A stretch of 64,000 bases of DNA from the IMG/VR virus record IMGVR_UViG_3300043313_001220, positions 1 to 64,000 of that record; one strand, given 5' to 3'. The notes under the pieces were generated by a model. It ran no database searches and was not told the origin of the DNA. It was given only the letters and a program-made list of their open reading frames with translations. Positions 46,261 to 55,651 of this stretch are shown here, one piece after another. The position numbers were made by a program, and so were the translations under genes. Every line of letters starts with the position of its first letter. Within the stretch, counting starts at the first letter, position 1. This stretch comes from a virus.

Positions 46261-48732
46261 ATGGCCGCCCCCGTGCCCGCACCGGCCATCGGAGGATACG
46301 GCGAGTGGGCGTGGCAGTACCGCGAGCAAGGGTGGGTCAGTGTCCTGCCGCTGCCACACCGCAAGAAGACCCCCCCGCCGAAGGACTACACCGGTCAGGT
46401 GATCCGGAAGACCGGCCTCGCCCCGCACATCCCCGACGACACCCAGATCGCCGAATGGGTGACCGAATACCGCCGCGGCAACCTCTGCCTGCGGATGCCC
46501 GGCGATGTGATCGGGATCGACGTCGACGCCTACGAATATCAGTACCACGTCAAAGGCGACGACAAACAGCTGCTGTACGACGACCAAGGCGACCCGGTGA
46601 TGGCCTGGGGGTTGAAGACCGGCGACATCACCATTGCGGAGATGGAGGACCAGCTCGGGGAGCTGCCGGCCACCTGGCGGTCATCCAGCCGCACTGAAGG
46701 CGTCTCAGGTATCCGGCTGTACCGGGTCCCGGCATCGATGTCGTGGCATGACGTCGGTGAACATGTCGAGACCATTTGGTGGGGCCACCGATACGCGGCA
46801 GTCTGGCCATCAATCAACCCGGACAGCGACGCCCGGTACCTGTGGCTGGATGAGAACGACCTCGACTCCGGATGGGGGCCGTGGATACCGAAGGTCACCG
46901 ACCTGCCGGAGCTGCCCGAGGCCTGGGTACGCCACCTGTCGCAGGAGACGGTCGTCAAATCGGCGCTGGTCGGGCCGCCCCGGCAGGAACATGCCGACCG
47001 GCCCCGGTTCCTCGGCAGCCACGACCCGTCGAAGCCACGACAGTTCACCCGCCGGCAGGCAGCCGACTTCGTGCAGCCACACCTGGACGAACTGCGGCAC
47101 GCCGGGGTCGGGACGATCAACAACCGGCTGAACGACGCCGCGAAGGTCATCAGCCACTTCGTCCCGGCGGTCTGGCCGGATGTCCAGGCGCGCATCCTGC
47201 TGATGGATGCGTTGAACGCCACCGCCTACGACGGCAAGAGCTGGAAAGCCGACCGGACGATCGAATCGGCATTCGACAGCACCCTCGGCGACTGGCGGGC
47301 GCAGCTGGTGCGGGAGCCCGCCCACACCATCCCGCGCGCGGCCTCCGTGGCCATCCCGGAGCCCCCGGACGGCGACCCGGGAGGTGGGGAGGCCACAGCG
47401 GGGTTCTGGGACGCCCACCCGGTCCTCGCGTACGTCAACGAGTACGCCATATCCTATGGGCGCAACCCGTGGGCGCTGCTCGGGGTGGTAATCGCACGGG
47501 CGATCACAGCCACCGAACCGAACATCCAACTGCCGCCGATCGGCGGAACCCCCGGCAGCCTGAACTGCTTCATCGCCCTGGTCGGCAAGTCTGGTGGAGG
47601 CAAGAGCGTCACCGCGAAGCTCGGACGGCGGTTCCTGGACGCGCGCTACGGCAACCATCCGCTGGAGACGTTTGAAGCACCACTCGGATCCGGCGAGGGC
47701 CTCGCCCACATCTACATGAAGCCCCCACCGGCACGACGCCCCAAAAGCAAGGGGGTGGACGAAGACTCAGCCGCGATCGGCCTCGGCCTGGACGGGCTCG
47801 ACCCGGACCGCCCGATCCAATACCGCACCAGGGCGTTGATCAAAGCGCTGGAGATCGACGCGCTAGACTCGATCAGTGACCGCCGTGGGTCCACGCTGTC
47901 CGCGCAGTTGCGGACCGCCTGGGACGCCGACGAGCTGGGATTCTTCTATTCCGGCCACGAGAAACGACTGCCCACCCCCGAACACGGCTACCGGATGTCG
48001 ATGCTGCTGGGTGTCCAACCCGGCCGCGCCGGCACGCTACTGGACGAGGTCGACGGAGGTCTGCCACAGCGGTTCCTGTGGGTCCCCTGTGAGAACCCCG
48101 ACCTGCCGGAATTCCAAGACGGCGACGAAGACGCCCCGCTGCCCGACCTGCCGTCGCTTCTGTGGACCCCCCCGGCCTACCAGGGGGTAGCGATGGTCGG
48201 ACAGGACCGGGTGGTCCGCCGGGACGTCCGCCGCAACGATCGGAAGCTCTCCCGGGGCGAGGGCGACGCCCTAGACGGCCACACGATGCTCAACCGACTG
48301 AAGGCGGCTGCGGGCCTGGCCTTCCTATTGGGGGGTTCTGCCCAGCAGCAGATGGAGATCACAGCGGAGATTTGGGAGCTGTCCGGGGTGCTGATGGCGG
48401 TGTCGGATCGCACCCGAGATGGGGTGTTGCGCCACCTGGCTGAAGCCGCCCGGGTTGCTAATGAGAAGAAGGGCTATGCGGCTGCCAAGCAGGCGATCGC
48501 CACCGAGGAGGTCATGGAAGACACGGGGATCAAGAAGGCGTTGCGGTGGTTGCGGGGCAAGATCGGGGACGAATGGGTGACCCAGAGCTGGCTGGTCGAG
48601 CAGGCCAAGAGCACCATCTCGAAATACGTGAAGTCAGCGCTCAATCAGATGTTGGAAAACGGAGAGATCGACGCGGAGAGTTATAAGGCGGGGGGTCATG
48701 AGACACGGAAAGTGAGGCGTCGAGAGGGGTAG
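46261..48732 (+). CDS. bifunctional DNA primase/polymerase (Prim-Pol) fused to a P-loop helicase-like domain
   Basis: GWVSVLPL..KKTPP, NLCLR, GIDVD, WPSINP..Y.W; Walker A GKSGGGKS. Confidence 0.85.
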   Translation: MAAPVPAPAIGGYGEWAWQYREQGWVSVLPLPHRKKTPPPKDYTGQVIRKTGLAPHIPDDTQIAEWVTEYRRGNLCLRMPGDVIGIDVDAYEYQYHVKGDDKQLLYDDQGDPVMAWGLKTGDITIAEMEDQLGELPATWRSSSRTEGVSGIRLYRVPASMSWHDVGEHVETIWWGHRYAAVWPSINPDSDARYLWLDENDLDSGWGPWIPKVTDLPELPEAWVRHLSQETVVKSALVGPPRQEHADRPRFLGSHDPSKPRQFTRRQAADFVQPHLDELRHAGVGTINNRLNDAAKVISHFVPAVWPDVQARILLMDALNATAYDGKSWKADRTIESAFDSTLGDWRAQLVREPAHTIPRAASVAIPEPPDGDPGGGEATAGFWDAHPVLAYVNEYAISYGRNPWALLGVVIARAITATEPNIQLPPIGGTPGSLNCFIALVGKSGGGKSVTAKLGRRFLDARYGNHPLETFEAPLGSGEGLAHIYMKPPPARRPKSKGVDEDSAAIGLGLDGLDPDRPIQYRTRALIKALEIDALDSISDRRGSTLSAQLRTAWDADELGFFYSGHEKRLPTPEHGYRMSMLLGVQPGRAGTLLDEVDGGLPQRFLWVPCENPDLPEFQDGDEDAPLPDLPSLLWTPPAYQGVAMVGQDRVVRRDVRRNDRKLSRGEGDALDGHTMLNRLKAAAGLAFLLGGSAQQQMEITAEIWELSGVLMAVSDRTRDGVLRHLAEAARVANEKKGYAAAKQAIATEEVMEDTGIKKALRWLRGKIGDEWVTQSWLVEQAKSTISKYVKSALNQMLENGEIDAESYKAGGHETRKVRRREG

Positions 48733-48737
48733 AGAGC

Positions 48738-48995
48738 ACTCCGGGACTCCGGGACTCCGGGACCACCCGGGGGGCTGTCTGAGAACGCTGGTCCCGGAGT
48801 CAGCTCACACATGGCGTGACACAATCCGTGTCACGCCATGTGTGGTATGGCCTCTTACCCCGTAAAATAGATAAAAATAAATATTTATTGCTTTTCGTCG
48901 TAACGCGACCACCCTGTGCAGAACACCCCCTGGCGGTCCCGGAGTCCCGGAGTCCCGGAGTCAGGCCATCGAGGGTCCCGGAGTGGTCCCGGAGT
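48738..48995. other. candidate replication origin (iterons, palindrome, AT-rich core)
   Basis: 3 x ACTCCGGG and 6 x its complement CCCGGAGT; 17-bp perfect inverted repeat 48806-48844; AT-rich stretch 48863-48895; directly after Prim-Pol/helicase. Confidence 0.7.
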
Positions 48996-49015
48996 CGCAA
49001 TTACGGAGAGTGACC

Positions 49016-49054
49016 GACACGCGAGTTGCCACGCTGGAAAGGCCGCTGTAGGGT
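49016..49054 (+). promoter_or_regulatory. promoter TTGCCA-N17-TAGGGT with GACAC box
   Basis: Read directly from the sequence. Confidence 0.65.
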
Positions 49055-49061
49055 GGACGGC

Positions 49062-49289
49062 GTGACGACACCGAGCAAGACCACATGGGACACCGTCGAG
49101 TTCCGTCTGAACAGAGCCGCCAAGCTGATGTCCGAAGTGGACAGCCTGTTCCAACTCGGATTCGACACCACCGAGGAGGATGCCGCCAACCAGATTGCCC
49201 TTACCCAGCTGCTGGTCGCGGCGGCTAACGCCCACCTCCGGATCGCCGAGATGGAGATGACCGGCCACGCCTTCCGCCGCCACCAATGA
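49062..49289 (+). CDS. hypothetical protein
   Basis: Leaderless GTG; ATGA overlap. Confidence 0.55.
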   Translation: MTTPSKTTWDTVEFRLNRAAKLMSEVDSLFQLGFDTTEEDAANQIALTQLLVAAANAHLRIAEMEMTGHAFRRHQ

Positions 49290-50569
49290 CCACCACCATC
49301 CCCCGGGTCAAGCTCGCCCGGACCTACGCCGAGCTGCCGGCCTACCAGCCCGGTCACTGGCTCGTGGCCGGGACTCCCGGATGGCTGCCGTACCCCTGCA
49401 CCTGCTGGTACGACAATTGCAGCTACCCGAAGTGCCCGGACCGGGGGCGGCCGGAGGGAGACGCCCTGCCACCGGGATGCTGCGGGAGACGCCCTGTCGT
49501 GGCCGGGGAGCGCGCAGAAGCCCCCGCCCGGGGTTCGAATACCCGCAAGGGCCGTTCGTCAACGTGGAAGGCCACGGAGAGCCCCAGGCGCAGCACCCGC
49601 CCGGCGGATCTGCCACAGCGAGCGGTGGGTGGTTCGTCCTCGGTGGCCGGGGATCTGTGGGCGGCCCCGTGGGATGCCGAGCCCGCCCCGTGGGATCTGG
49701 ACGAGCCGGATCCCGGCCTGGGTGGCCCCGACGACCGGTCTCCCGTGGCCACGGAGACACCGAAGCCGGCTCCCGGGCATTCGAATGGGGATGCGGCCTC
49801 TCGTCAACATTCCGAGCCAAGCGACGGACTTTACCCGCACGGCGAACGTCAACGATCGCAGGTCGAACACTGTGCCTGTGTCACACCCTGGGACCCGCCG
49901 CCGCCGGTCCTCTTGGTGGCCGACGCCAAGACGGGTCCGGTCCGGGCCGCGATCGCCCTCGACCTGCGCGGCCCGGCCGGTGACCAGCCACGGCAGGACC
50001 CCCGCGACCTCGCCGAGAAGCTCCTGGCGGAGCGCGGCTACGGCCTGAAAGGCGGCTGGAAGGACGGGCGGCACACGCTGCTGCTGCCGGAGGGCAAGCT
50101 CAAGACCCGTCCTGGTTTCCTGGCCGAAGCATTCAACACCGCCTCCGGCCTGCGAGAGAGCGCTCTCGCGGTGATCGACACACCGCCGGAGCAGGCCGGG
50201 GGGGTTCATTGTCCGGACTGCCACAAGGACTGGCAGAGCGCGGGTGCCTACGGGATGCACCGCAGGAAGGGCAACGGGATTGATTGGCCTCGATGGGCCG
50301 AGCGCTGTGTGGACCCCGCGACGATCCGGGTCGTCCCCCGAAGTGCTGGCGCTAGCGCCAGCATATCACGCCGATCAAGCCCCGGGCAATATGATGGAGC
50401 ACCACTGTTGAAGCGCGGACCGAACGGCGTCTGGCATCTGGACCCGCTCGCCCCGTGGGGTCCCGGAGGCCCGCCGTTCAGCCCCGGGAAGGCGATGGAG
50501 ATCTATGAACGGGGGCGGCGGGAGCTGAAACGTTGGCATTTCGGGAAGGGCCACAACCGCGAGCGCTGA
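49286..50569 (+). CDS. hypothetical protein with Cys/His zinc-finger-like motifs
   Basis: CTC..C...C and HCPDC..H motifs. Confidence 0.6.
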   Translation: MTTTIPRVKLARTYAELPAYQPGHWLVAGTPGWLPYPCTCWYDNCSYPKCPDRGRPEGDALPPGCCGRRPVVAGERAEAPARGSNTRKGRSSTWKATESPRRSTRPADLPQRAVGGSSSVAGDLWAAPWDAEPAPWDLDEPDPGLGGPDDRSPVATETPKPAPGHSNGDAASRQHSEPSDGLYPHGERQRSQVEHCACVTPWDPPPPVLLVADAKTGPVRAAIALDLRGPAGDQPRQDPRDLAEKLLAERGYGLKGGWKDGRHTLLLPEGKLKTRPGFLAEAFNTASGLRESALAVIDTPPEQAGGVHCPDCHKDWQSAGAYGMHRRKGNGIDWPRWAERCVDPATIRVVPRSAGASASISRRSSPGQYDGAPLLKRGPNGVWHLDPLAPWGPGGPPFSPGKAMEIYERGRRELKRWHFGKGHNRER

Positions 50570-50606
50570 CACGCCGCTTGCCACGCCCGGTGGCGTGTGG
50601 CAGGAT
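50567..50606 (+). promoter_or_regulatory. promoter TTGCCA-N17-CAGGAT with TGACAC box, directly upstream of array 3
   Basis: TGACACGCCGC-TTGCCA; first GAC unit starts 5-6 nt after the -10. Confidence 0.7.
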
Positions 50607-50610
50607 AGGG

Positions 50611-51858
50611 GGACAAACCAGGCCAGTGCGCCTCCCGACTAGCCAGTTCGTACCACACGACAAGCCTGCCCCCCTCGCATCCGCTGCACACCGACAAGTC
50701 GTGCCGCCGCAAGCCCAGCCCACCCCCCGCTCGCCGACACATCTAGCCGTACCACACGACAAGCCTGCCCAGTGCAATGCCGCCCAGCCTTGACGACACC
50801 CCAGACCGACATATGCCCGACTGTTCACATCCACCCTACCGCCGTCCGACACCGCACGCCACACCCTCGCGCTCCGTACGACCAACCTCTCCGAATCTTG
50901 CCGACGCGCACGACATGCCGCTCTCGACACCGCCCGACCCGCACCGACACAGCACGCCGGTCCGACCCAACCGACACGCCCGGCCACCGCAGGACTCACG
51001 ACAGATCTGCCCAGCGCTCACCCATGCGACTACCCGTCCCACAGCTGGTCGGCCCCTACCCCGACACCCGACATGGCCCATCTGTCCCAGCCGCCCGACA
51101 TGCCATCCCAGCCGAGTCCTCCCCGACACTCCACCCTCAGCCGCAACGCCCCGAGACGACAGATCTGTTCCGCCCACCCCATGTGACTACCCTGCCCGGC
51201 CCTGCTCCAATATCGACTACCCGACGCAACCCCAGAGCCCCCGCTGACATATCCAGCCCGCCCGCCCCAGGCGACCAGCCACCCCAGCTCCTGTGTCGAC
51301 AACCCGATCGGCGTCACGCCAGACCCAACCCGACGACAGCCCAGACCCGCACTGTCTTACCCCGTGCTCGGACCGCCCATCCCACCCGACAAGCCCACCC
51401 GGGCCGGTACAACCCCAGCCGTGCCCCACCCCCCGACTACCCTACACACCCCAGTGCGGATCCGACACGCCATCTCATCGCACCGCCGCCGACTACCCCG
51501 GCCCTTCGTGCCCTGTCTCCGACGACCCGTGCCATCCGACAAGCCCAGCCGCGCCGATGCAACCCCACTGCGACCATCCATCCCGCGTCATTGCGGGCCC
51601 GACACGCCATCCCTGGCATCCCCGACCCGGTACCGACAAGCCCAGCCGCCGCGCTTCATATCGACAAGCCGACCCACGCCACCCCGTGTCCTCTCCCGGC
51701 CCGTCCGACAGTGCGTCCCCACGCCGCCCAGTGGCTTCCCCACCCATCCCCCATGGCACGCCCGATCAAAGCGGCGTACTGACGAGCCCGTCCCCACCCG
51801 GCCCCCCGACAAGCCGAGCGAACTCCAACCCAGCCCCTACGACAACCCGCTGGACCGA
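50611..51858 (+). repeat. pentamer-periodic array 3, about 39 units (putative ncRNA array)
   Basis: Same grammar throughout; internal 23-bp duplication at 50649-50671 and 50748-50770. Confidence 0.92.
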
Positions 51859-51872
51859 TAGGGAAGAGAGAT

Positions 51873-53339
51873 ATGGACAGGCGATACGAGAGTGCCGATG
51901 TCACAGCGATCTGGAGCGACCAGGGCCGCAACCTGGTCGAACGCAGCATCTGGGTCGAGGTGATGCGAGCCCAGCGCGAAGCCGGAATCGACATCCCGGA
52001 AGACCAGATCGACGCGTACGCCGACCTGGCAGCCAGCCAGGCACTGCTGGACCCGGACCACGAGGAAGCCCTGCTCGAAACGCAGGACATCGCCGAGCTG
52101 GAGAGAGAGACCAAACATGACCTGTACGCCCGACTGCGGTGGTTCAACGAGAGTGTCGGAGGCGACCACGCCCACCGCGGGTTGACCTCGGCCGACATCA
52201 CCGAGAACACCCAGCAGATCCAGATCGTCGCCTCCGCCGAACTGCTGCTAGAACACGCTGAGCAGGTCCTGCGCCGGATGTACGAGCGTGCCGGGGTGTT
52301 CGCCACGGTGCCGATCGTCGCCCGCACCCATGGCCGACCCGCGCAGCTGACCACCATTGGCAAGCGGATCACCGACTGGATGCAGGAGCTGATGGGGGCG
52401 ATGGTCACTCTCCAGGGGGCCATCGAAGGTTACGTGCCGCGGGGGATCAAAGGCGCGGTCGGCACCAGTGCCGACATGGCGCGGACGTTGCTGTCCGGCC
52501 TGCCGGAGGGCAGCCCCGCCAGCAGGTGGGTGGCCGCCCGCCTGGCCGCCGGCACGCTGGACGACCGGGTGTCGTCCAAGCTGGCAGGCGAGACCACATC
52601 GATGCTGTCGACCGGGCAGTGTTACCCACGCTCGGCCGACCTGCCGATCATCTCCGCGACGTTGCAGCTCGCCGCCGCGTGCGGCACGGTCGCCACTGCC
52701 GTGCGGCTGATGTCCGCGCTCGGCCTGGCGGTCGAGAACCCCGACGCGCATGTCGGGTCGTCGGCCATGCCCCACAAGAGCAACCCGCGCTACAGCGAGC
52801 GGGTCTGCAGCCTCCAGGTGGTCGCACGCGGGTATGCGGGAATGTTGCAGGAGACCGCCGGCACGCAGTGGCTGGAAGGTGACGTGTCGACCTCTGCGGC
52901 CCGCCGGATCGCCCTGCCGGGGCTATTCCACACGGTGGATTCGATGCTGGCCAACACCGCCTGGGTGTTGGACCATCTGGTGTTCGACCTGGAGGCGATC
53001 AAGGACGAGCGCGACCTGTGGATGCCGGAGATGGCATCCGGCGCGCTGTTGGCCGCACTGGTCGAGAACGGGGTGCCACGTCAGAAGGCACACGAGGTAC
53101 TGCGGCACCATTATCGGCAGATCGGCGGCCCGGACTGCGAGAGCGACCGATCGGGGACGCTGATCTACCACCTGACCAGTGAAGACGCAGAGTTCCGGCT
53201 GACTGCGGAGCAGACCCAGGCCGCGTTCGACCCGGAGATGTTGGTTGGTTCTGCGGTGGCGATCGTGGAGGCTGTGGTCGGTGCGGAGCTCGGCGAGCTG
53301 CTGGATGCCGACCCGGAATGGCCTGGCGACCTGGTGTGA
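51873..53339 (+). CDS. purB: adenylosuccinate lyase
   Basis: TKHD, H.GLTS.D, ARTHGRPAQ.TT.GKR, GAVGT and the signature GSSAMPHKSNP..SE. Confidence 0.92.
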   Translation: MDRRYESADVTAIWSDQGRNLVERSIWVEVMRAQREAGIDIPEDQIDAYADLAASQALLDPDHEEALLETQDIAELERETKHDLYARLRWFNESVGGDHAHRGLTSADITENTQQIQIVASAELLLEHAEQVLRRMYERAGVFATVPIVARTHGRPAQLTTIGKRITDWMQELMGAMVTLQGAIEGYVPRGIKGAVGTSADMARTLLSGLPEGSPASRWVAARLAAGTLDDRVSSKLAGETTSMLSTGQCYPRSADLPIISATLQLAAACGTVATAVRLMSALGLAVENPDAHVGSSAMPHKSNPRYSERVCSLQVVARGYAGMLQETAGTQWLEGDVSTSAARRIALPGLFHTVDSMLANTAWVLDHLVFDLEAIKDERDLWMPEMASGALLAALVENGVPRQKAHEVLRHHYRQIGGPDCESDRSGTLIYHLTSEDAEFRLTAEQTQAAFDPEMLVGSAVAIVEAVVGAELGELLDADPEWPGDLV

Positions 53340-53547
53340 CACAGGGCTTGCCGCCCTGCTCGCCGACCAGCGCGGTTACCTCACCGAGGAGATCGCCGCC
53401 CTGGCCACCGGGACGATCGTGAATGTCACCCGCGCAGACGGGGAGTACCTGTACACCCTCACCATCAGCCGGACCCCCGGCTGCTGATCGGCGACACGGG
53501 GCGGTGGCCATCTGGTCGCCGTCCCGCGGCGTACCCGACCACACCGC

Positions 53548-53576
53548 TTGCCACCCCCGAGAAGGGGTGTTACGGT
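53548..53576 (+). promoter_or_regulatory. promoter TTGCCA-N17-TACGGT
   Basis: Read directly from the sequence. Confidence 0.6.
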
Positions 53577-53642
53577 GGCCCCAGCGCACCACCATGCATG
53601 CACCACCCAACGGCCCCCCGCCACGGAAGGAGCACAACCCCG

Positions 53643-54293
53643 ATGTACGAGTTCTTCACGACCACGTTCTTTGGCACGCAGATCCCCACTGCCGCAGCCA
53701 TGGGCGTGGGAGCTGCCGGCCTGGTCGCAGGCGCGACCTTCGCGGTCCTGACCGTCCGCGACAAGCTGAGCAAGGCCCGCAAGCTGATGGCGATCGCCAT
53801 CCGATACGAGTCCGAAGCCGACCGTACCTACGCGAAGATCCGCGCCCTGACCGACCCGACCTGCTCGGTCCCGCTCGTGGAGTTGTTCCCGCCCACCCGG
53901 GTACAGCAGGTCCGCCGTGCGGTGGCCGAAGCTTTCGAGCGCGCCACCTGGCGCAACGAGAAGGCCACGGAGTGGTCCCCGGGGTGGGCGGACGGCGAGC
54001 TGCGTCGGGCGATCGACCAGACCGCCGACGTCCCCCACGTTGCCGAGCCGGCACCGGCCCCCACCGAACCCCCGGCCCCGGTCTACCGGACCCGCCGTGA
54101 CCCCTCCGAGCGGGTCCCCGCACGGGACCGCTGGGCCCCCCGGATGACGCAGCTGCTCGGTGGGCCGATCCCGGTGCCGCCGCTGTTCGCGTCGATCCAA
54201 GTGCCGGCGCAGCGTCGGCCGTCGCCGCTGGTCCTGGCCAACCTGCCGGCCGACCCCACGCGGCAGTGGCGGACCAAGACGGTAGCCGCGTAG
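53643..54293 (+). CDS. hypothetical membrane-anchored protein
   Basis: AAGGAG RBS; N-terminal TM helix. Confidence 0.6.
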   Translation: MYEFFTTTFFGTQIPTAAAMGVGAAGLVAGATFAVLTVRDKLSKARKLMAIAIRYESEADRTYAKIRALTDPTCSVPLVELFPPTRVQQVRRAVAEAFERATWRNEKATEWSPGWADGELRRAIDQTADVPHVAEPAPAPTEPPAPVYRTRRDPSERVPARDRWAPRMTQLLGGPIPVPPLFASIQVPAQRRPSPLVLANLPADPTRQWRTKTVAA

Positions 54294-54440
54294 CCACCAT
54301 GAGCTCGATCAACCGCGCCCCCCATCACAAGCCCTGGACGCCCCCGCGCCCCCGGCTGTACCCACCCCGGCCCAGCGGCCGACCGTGCGACATGCGTCGC
54401 TGGCCGACCGTGCCCACCATGCGAGGCGAGGAGGAGTTCG

Positions 54441-54641
54441 GTGGCCGAGAGCAACCAGACGACCAGCATCGACCATGTTGAAAGTCCCAGGGTGGAGCCG
54501 CCCGGGGATGTGCGACTCCAGCTCGCGGCACTCGAAGGGTGGGCCAACAACCGGGCCATGCAACCCGAGATGCGGCTGCGTGCCGCGCTCCAGGCCCTCG
54601 CCCTGTGGCGCAAGCTCTACCCGGACCCCGAGGGGGACTGA
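54441..54641 (+). CDS. hypothetical protein
   Basis: GAGGAG RBS. Confidence 0.5.
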   Translation: MAESNQTTSIDHVESPRVEPPGDVRLQLAALEGWANNRAMQPEMRLRAALQALALWRKLYPDPEGD

Positions 54642-54642
54642 C

Positions 54643-54888
54643 ATGGCACAGCGCTGGGCGGTACTTCGCCCGAATGAGGACGGCCAGCACTTCCGGATGA
54701 TCCGCGACGCCTCCATGTACCACATATTGGGCCACCCGGAGGAGTACGGCATTGGGAGATTTGCGGCGTTGGATGAGCTGGACCCAGACCCGGCGGTCTG
54801 GGAGCCTGGCACCGCTGTCCTGCTGCGGGTCGAGGTCGTGGTCCCGGAGGCCGCTGGCGGCTACAAGCTCCCGGAGGACGCCGAATGA
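54643..54888 (+). CDS. hypothetical protein
   Basis: RBS and packing. Confidence 0.55.
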   Translation: MAQRWAVLRPNEDGQHFRMIRDASMYHILGHPEEYGIGRFAALDELDPDPAVWEPGTAVLLRVEVVVPEAAGGYKLPEDAE

Positions 54889-55256
54889 ACCCGCGCCACA
54901 CCCCCGAGTCGCTGCGCGCCCACAGCGCGGCCACCCTCAAGCTGGCCGAGTCTCACCTGAACGCGTCGAGCGAGGCATACCGCAAACGCTCCAGCATCCG
55001 CGGCGTGACGTTGGGCCCGGCCACCCACGACGCGCTTGCTGAGGCGTACCAGGCGTGGCGTGAATACCGGGCCGACACCGCCCCGCCTGGGTGTCAGGAT
55101 CTCATGATCCCTGAGCGTCAACCCGACGGCAGCGCGCCGGGGCTCACCCGCGTACACGGCTACGACGTCACCATCGGCGATGTTGACGGTGGCATCGCCT
55201 GGGATATCGGCCCCGAGCCGCTGGTCCCCTTCGTATTCAGGGAGGTTGTCGAATGA
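54885..55256 (+). CDS. hypothetical protein
   Basis: ATGA overlaps. Confidence 0.55.
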   Translation: MNPRHTPESLRAHSAATLKLAESHLNASSEAYRKRSSIRGVTLGPATHDALAEAYQAWREYRADTAPPGCQDLMIPERQPDGSAPGLTRVHGYDVTIGDVDGGIAWDIGPEPLVPFVFREVVE

Positions 55257-55651
55257 GCGAGCTCGACGAGCCGCAAGACCCGCTGCTGGTCCAGCTGCAC
55301 GACGCCCGGCTGGACCAGCAGGATGCCCACACCGAGGCCGTCCGCCTGATCCGCCATCTGTACGTCGACCTCGGCCAGGACGCGGGCGGTCCGCTGCACG
55401 TGGTCCTGGACGATGGCAATGTCGGCGACTTCTGGCTGCACGCGGGGCCGCACACCGATGGCTACGACCGCTACGGCTATCTGTTCAACGGCGACTTCGC
55501 GCGTTGGTCGCAAGCCGGGGACGACGTCTCCCTAAAGCGCCGGAACGCCATCCGCGACACCTGCGAGCAGATCCTCGCCCTGCTACGCCCGATGTCCGAG
55601 CAGCATCGCCGCGACGCGATCAACGAGTTCTGGAAAGGATGGCGACCGTGA
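55253..55651 (+). CDS. hypothetical protein (GGPLHVVLDDGN motif)
   Basis: GGAGG RBS; ATGA overlap. Confidence 0.65.
   Translation: MSELDEPQDPLLVQLHDARLDQQDAHTEAVRLIRHLYVDLGQDAGGPLHVVLDDGNVGDFWLHAGPHTDGYDRYGYLFNGDFARWSQAGDDVSLKRRNAIRDTCEQILALLRPMSEQHRRDAINEFWKGWRP

Noticed and set aside
50772-51782. 336-aa Pro/Arg/Thr-rich ORF and overlapping ORFs across array 3
   Set aside because: The periodicity is 5 nt rather than 3, there is no RBS or GC3 bias, and all frames give similar low-complexity products. These are by-products of a stop-poor C-rich array.
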